A stretch of 24,801 nucleotides of DNA from a virus (taxonomy: Duplodnaviria > Caudoviricetes): the IMG/VR virus record IMGVR_UViG_3300030005_000010, positions 1 through 24,801 of that record; one strand, 5' to 3'. The number at the start of each line of letters is the position of its first letter. Within the stretch, counting starts at the first letter, position 1. Of the stretch, positions 23,407 through 24,801 are shown one piece after another. The position numbers and the translations under genes were made by a program. The notes beneath the pieces were generated by a model, which was given only the letters and a program-made list of their open reading frames with translations, had not been told where the DNA came from and did not search any database.

Positions 23407-23729
23407 AATTTTTCCTTTACTTCGTCATCCAATAATTTTTTTTCTATGCGGCGCTCAACTAAAAATAGGAATCGGGTGGCCATGTGTCCGCCGATACCCG
23501 CTGAAGCTGCACTTAGCCCCATAGGTTGGTTAAGCGAATCGATAAACATAAACAGACCGACGCCTACAAAGCCGCTGGTGAAAAGTTCCCCAAACAATTC
23601 AAAAATGCTGAATTGTCCGGCGATAAATTTTTTACTTTGCCCAAACCAGTTGATCAAACCACCGGATAGCGCCATGGTTAGCGCAATGATCCAGGTAATG
23701 GCCGGCCATGTGGTGGGGTCGTTTTGCAT
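23403..23729 (-). CDS. Holin, LydA-like family
   Basis: DPxxW, GGLINW, FSIFELxGELxTSGFVG, AGIGGHMATR; about 3 TM helices and a charged C-terminal tail. Confidence 0.85.
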   Translation of the reverse strand: MQNDPTTWPAITWIIALTMALSGGLINWFGQSKKFIAGQFSIFELFGELFTSGFVGVGLFMFIDSLNQPMGLSAASAGIGGHMATRFLFLVERRIEKKLLDDEVKEKL

Positions 23730-23748
23730 AAATATTAATTTTTGTTTT

Positions 23749-23787
23749 GTAGAGACGCAATATTTTGCGTCTCTACGGCGTCTCTAC
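23749..23787. repeat. GTAG-type REP palindrome, copy 6, plus an extra half copy
   Basis: GTAGAGACGCAA-TATT-TTGCGTCTCTAC (23749-23776), then GCGTCTCTAC (23778-23787). Confidence 0.92.
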
Positions 23788-24686
23788 ATCAACGCCAAAT
23801 CGCGCCGTGCGCTGGCGAGTTTCGAGCGGCTGGGTTTCGCTGACCGGATCATATTTTCTAGCAGGGCATCGAAGGTGATGACGCCATCAATCATATTTTC
23901 AGCCTGCGCCGCTTCAGCGCCCAACATGCGGCCCTGGCCCATGCCTTTTTGTACGGTTGCGGCGTTAACACCGCGACCACGGGCGACGGCGGCTATAAAT
24001 AGCGTGTAATACTCGTTTATACGCATTTCATAAGCGGTTTTGGCTTCTTCCGAGAGCGGTTCAAACGGGTTGCCCTCGGTTTTGTATTTTCCGGCGCTGA
24101 TTAAGGTCGTTTCAATGCCGTCTTTTTCCAGCATCTTGCCCAGGTAGCGGTGCGCGCCATAAACGCCTATGCTGCCCGCTTCGCCGCCCGGTGTGCAGTA
24201 TAATTCGCTGCATTGGGAGCCTAGCCAATACGTGGCGCTGGCCGCCATGCTGTTGACGATGCCAATGATAGGTTTTTGCGCCCTGGCCTGGTAGATTACG
24301 TCGGCGGCTTCGGAGGTGCCGAAAACGCTGCCGCCGGGTCCGTCTAAATCGAGCAAAATTTGTGCCACGCTTGAATTATTGGCCGCCGCTTTGACCGCGT
24401 TGGCGATTGAGGCGGTGGAGGTGCCGCCAGGGCCGCTGATATTTTGCGGGGGTCTTTGGGTCAGTACGCCGTAAACAGGAATAACGGCGATAGCGCCGGA
24501 TTTTTGTCCTTGCGTTTGCCTGGCTGCCCGGATTTGTTTGTCGTCGTCGATTTTTTCCTGGATTTCAGCCGATACCGGGGCGTCAATTGCCCAGCGGGTC
24601 AAGACATCGGCCATTAATGCCAGGTAATCAGGCGTTAGCGCCCAGGGCGTTGAGGCAAATTGGGCTAATAACAACTGGCGTTTCAT
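23784..24686 (-). CDS. S49 (SppA / lambda gpC-type) prohead protease
   Basis: IAVIPVYGVL, LDxDxPGG, MAASATYWLGS, GSIGV, AGKYKxEGNP, F…VARGRG; AAGGA RBS before ATG 24686. Confidence 0.95.
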   Translation of the reverse strand: MKRQLLLAQFASTPWALTPDYLALMADVLTRWAIDAPVSAEIQEKIDDDKQIRAARQTQGQKSGAIAVIPVYGVLTQRPPQNISGPGGTSTASIANAVKAAANNSSVAQILLDLDGPGGSVFGTSEAADVIYQARAQKPIIGIVNSMAASATYWLGSQCSELYCTPGGEAGSIGVYGAHRYLGKMLEKDGIETTLISAGKYKTEGNPFEPLSEEAKTAYEMRINEYYTLFIAAVARGRGVNAATVQKGMGQGRMLGAEAAQAENMIDGVITFDALLENMIRSAKPSRSKLASARRDLALM

Positions 24687-24700
24687 GGTTTTTCCTTTTC

Positions 24701-24801
24701 TTAAAAGACCCAAATGACCCATTACCAAGGCCGGTAAAGTTGGGCGCAAAAATAACAGCCTGGAAGGTGGAAGAACTGCGGGCCTACCTTGAATCATTCG
24801 G
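24701..24801 (+). pseudogene. C-terminal fragment of an AlpA-family regulator/excisionase
   Basis: Plus frame reads LKDPNDPLPRPVKLGAKITAWKVEELRAYLESF, matching the AlpA pattern PxPVKLGxxxxAWxxxE. No HTH N-terminus upstream; runs off the window. Confidence 0.65.

Noticed and set aside
4766-23787. 28-bp palindromic repeats as a CRISPR array or integron attC sites
   Set aside because: Copies are kilobases apart with no regular spacers and no cas genes. They are perfect hairpins lacking the RYYYAAC/GTTRRRY boxes, and no integrase is visible.
23092-24009. 305-aa plus-strand ORF
   Set aside because: Antisense to capsid, holin and protease, crosses a REP and a terminator, and has no recognisable motifs.
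24687-24797. N-terminal extension of the S49 protease given in the ORF track
   Set aside because: A good RBS precedes ATG 24686, and the extension is the antisense of the AlpA-like fragment.

Overview
The window is almost entirely one minus-strand prophage morphogenesis operon (about 24.7 kb down to 0.1 kb) joining an HK97-type head to a Mu/SfV-type contractile tail. Order: S49 prohead protease, major capsid, head-tail joining genes, tail terminator, DUF2635, sheath, tube, tail chaperone with a -1 frameshift, tape measure, DNA-circularisation protein, baseplate gp44-gp48. The conserved GC-rich backbone is split at five places by co-oriented accessory blocks, mostly more AT-rich. Two blocks each carry a paralogous ~170-aa domain gene coupled by TAATG to a different large cargo gene (an SGNH esterase; a spike/LRR-like repeat protein). 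There are six copies of a 28-bp GTAG-type REP palindrome, two copies of a c4-like three-way-junction RNA, and an internally deleted HNH-AP2 endonuclease. Both ends look like rearrangement junctions. On the right, an antisense AlpA-like fragment sits where a portal gene is expected. On the left, a hairpin-rich foreign segment appears to replace the last codons of gp48 and the tail-fibre gene. All family assignments come from motif recognition and synteny, not database searches.
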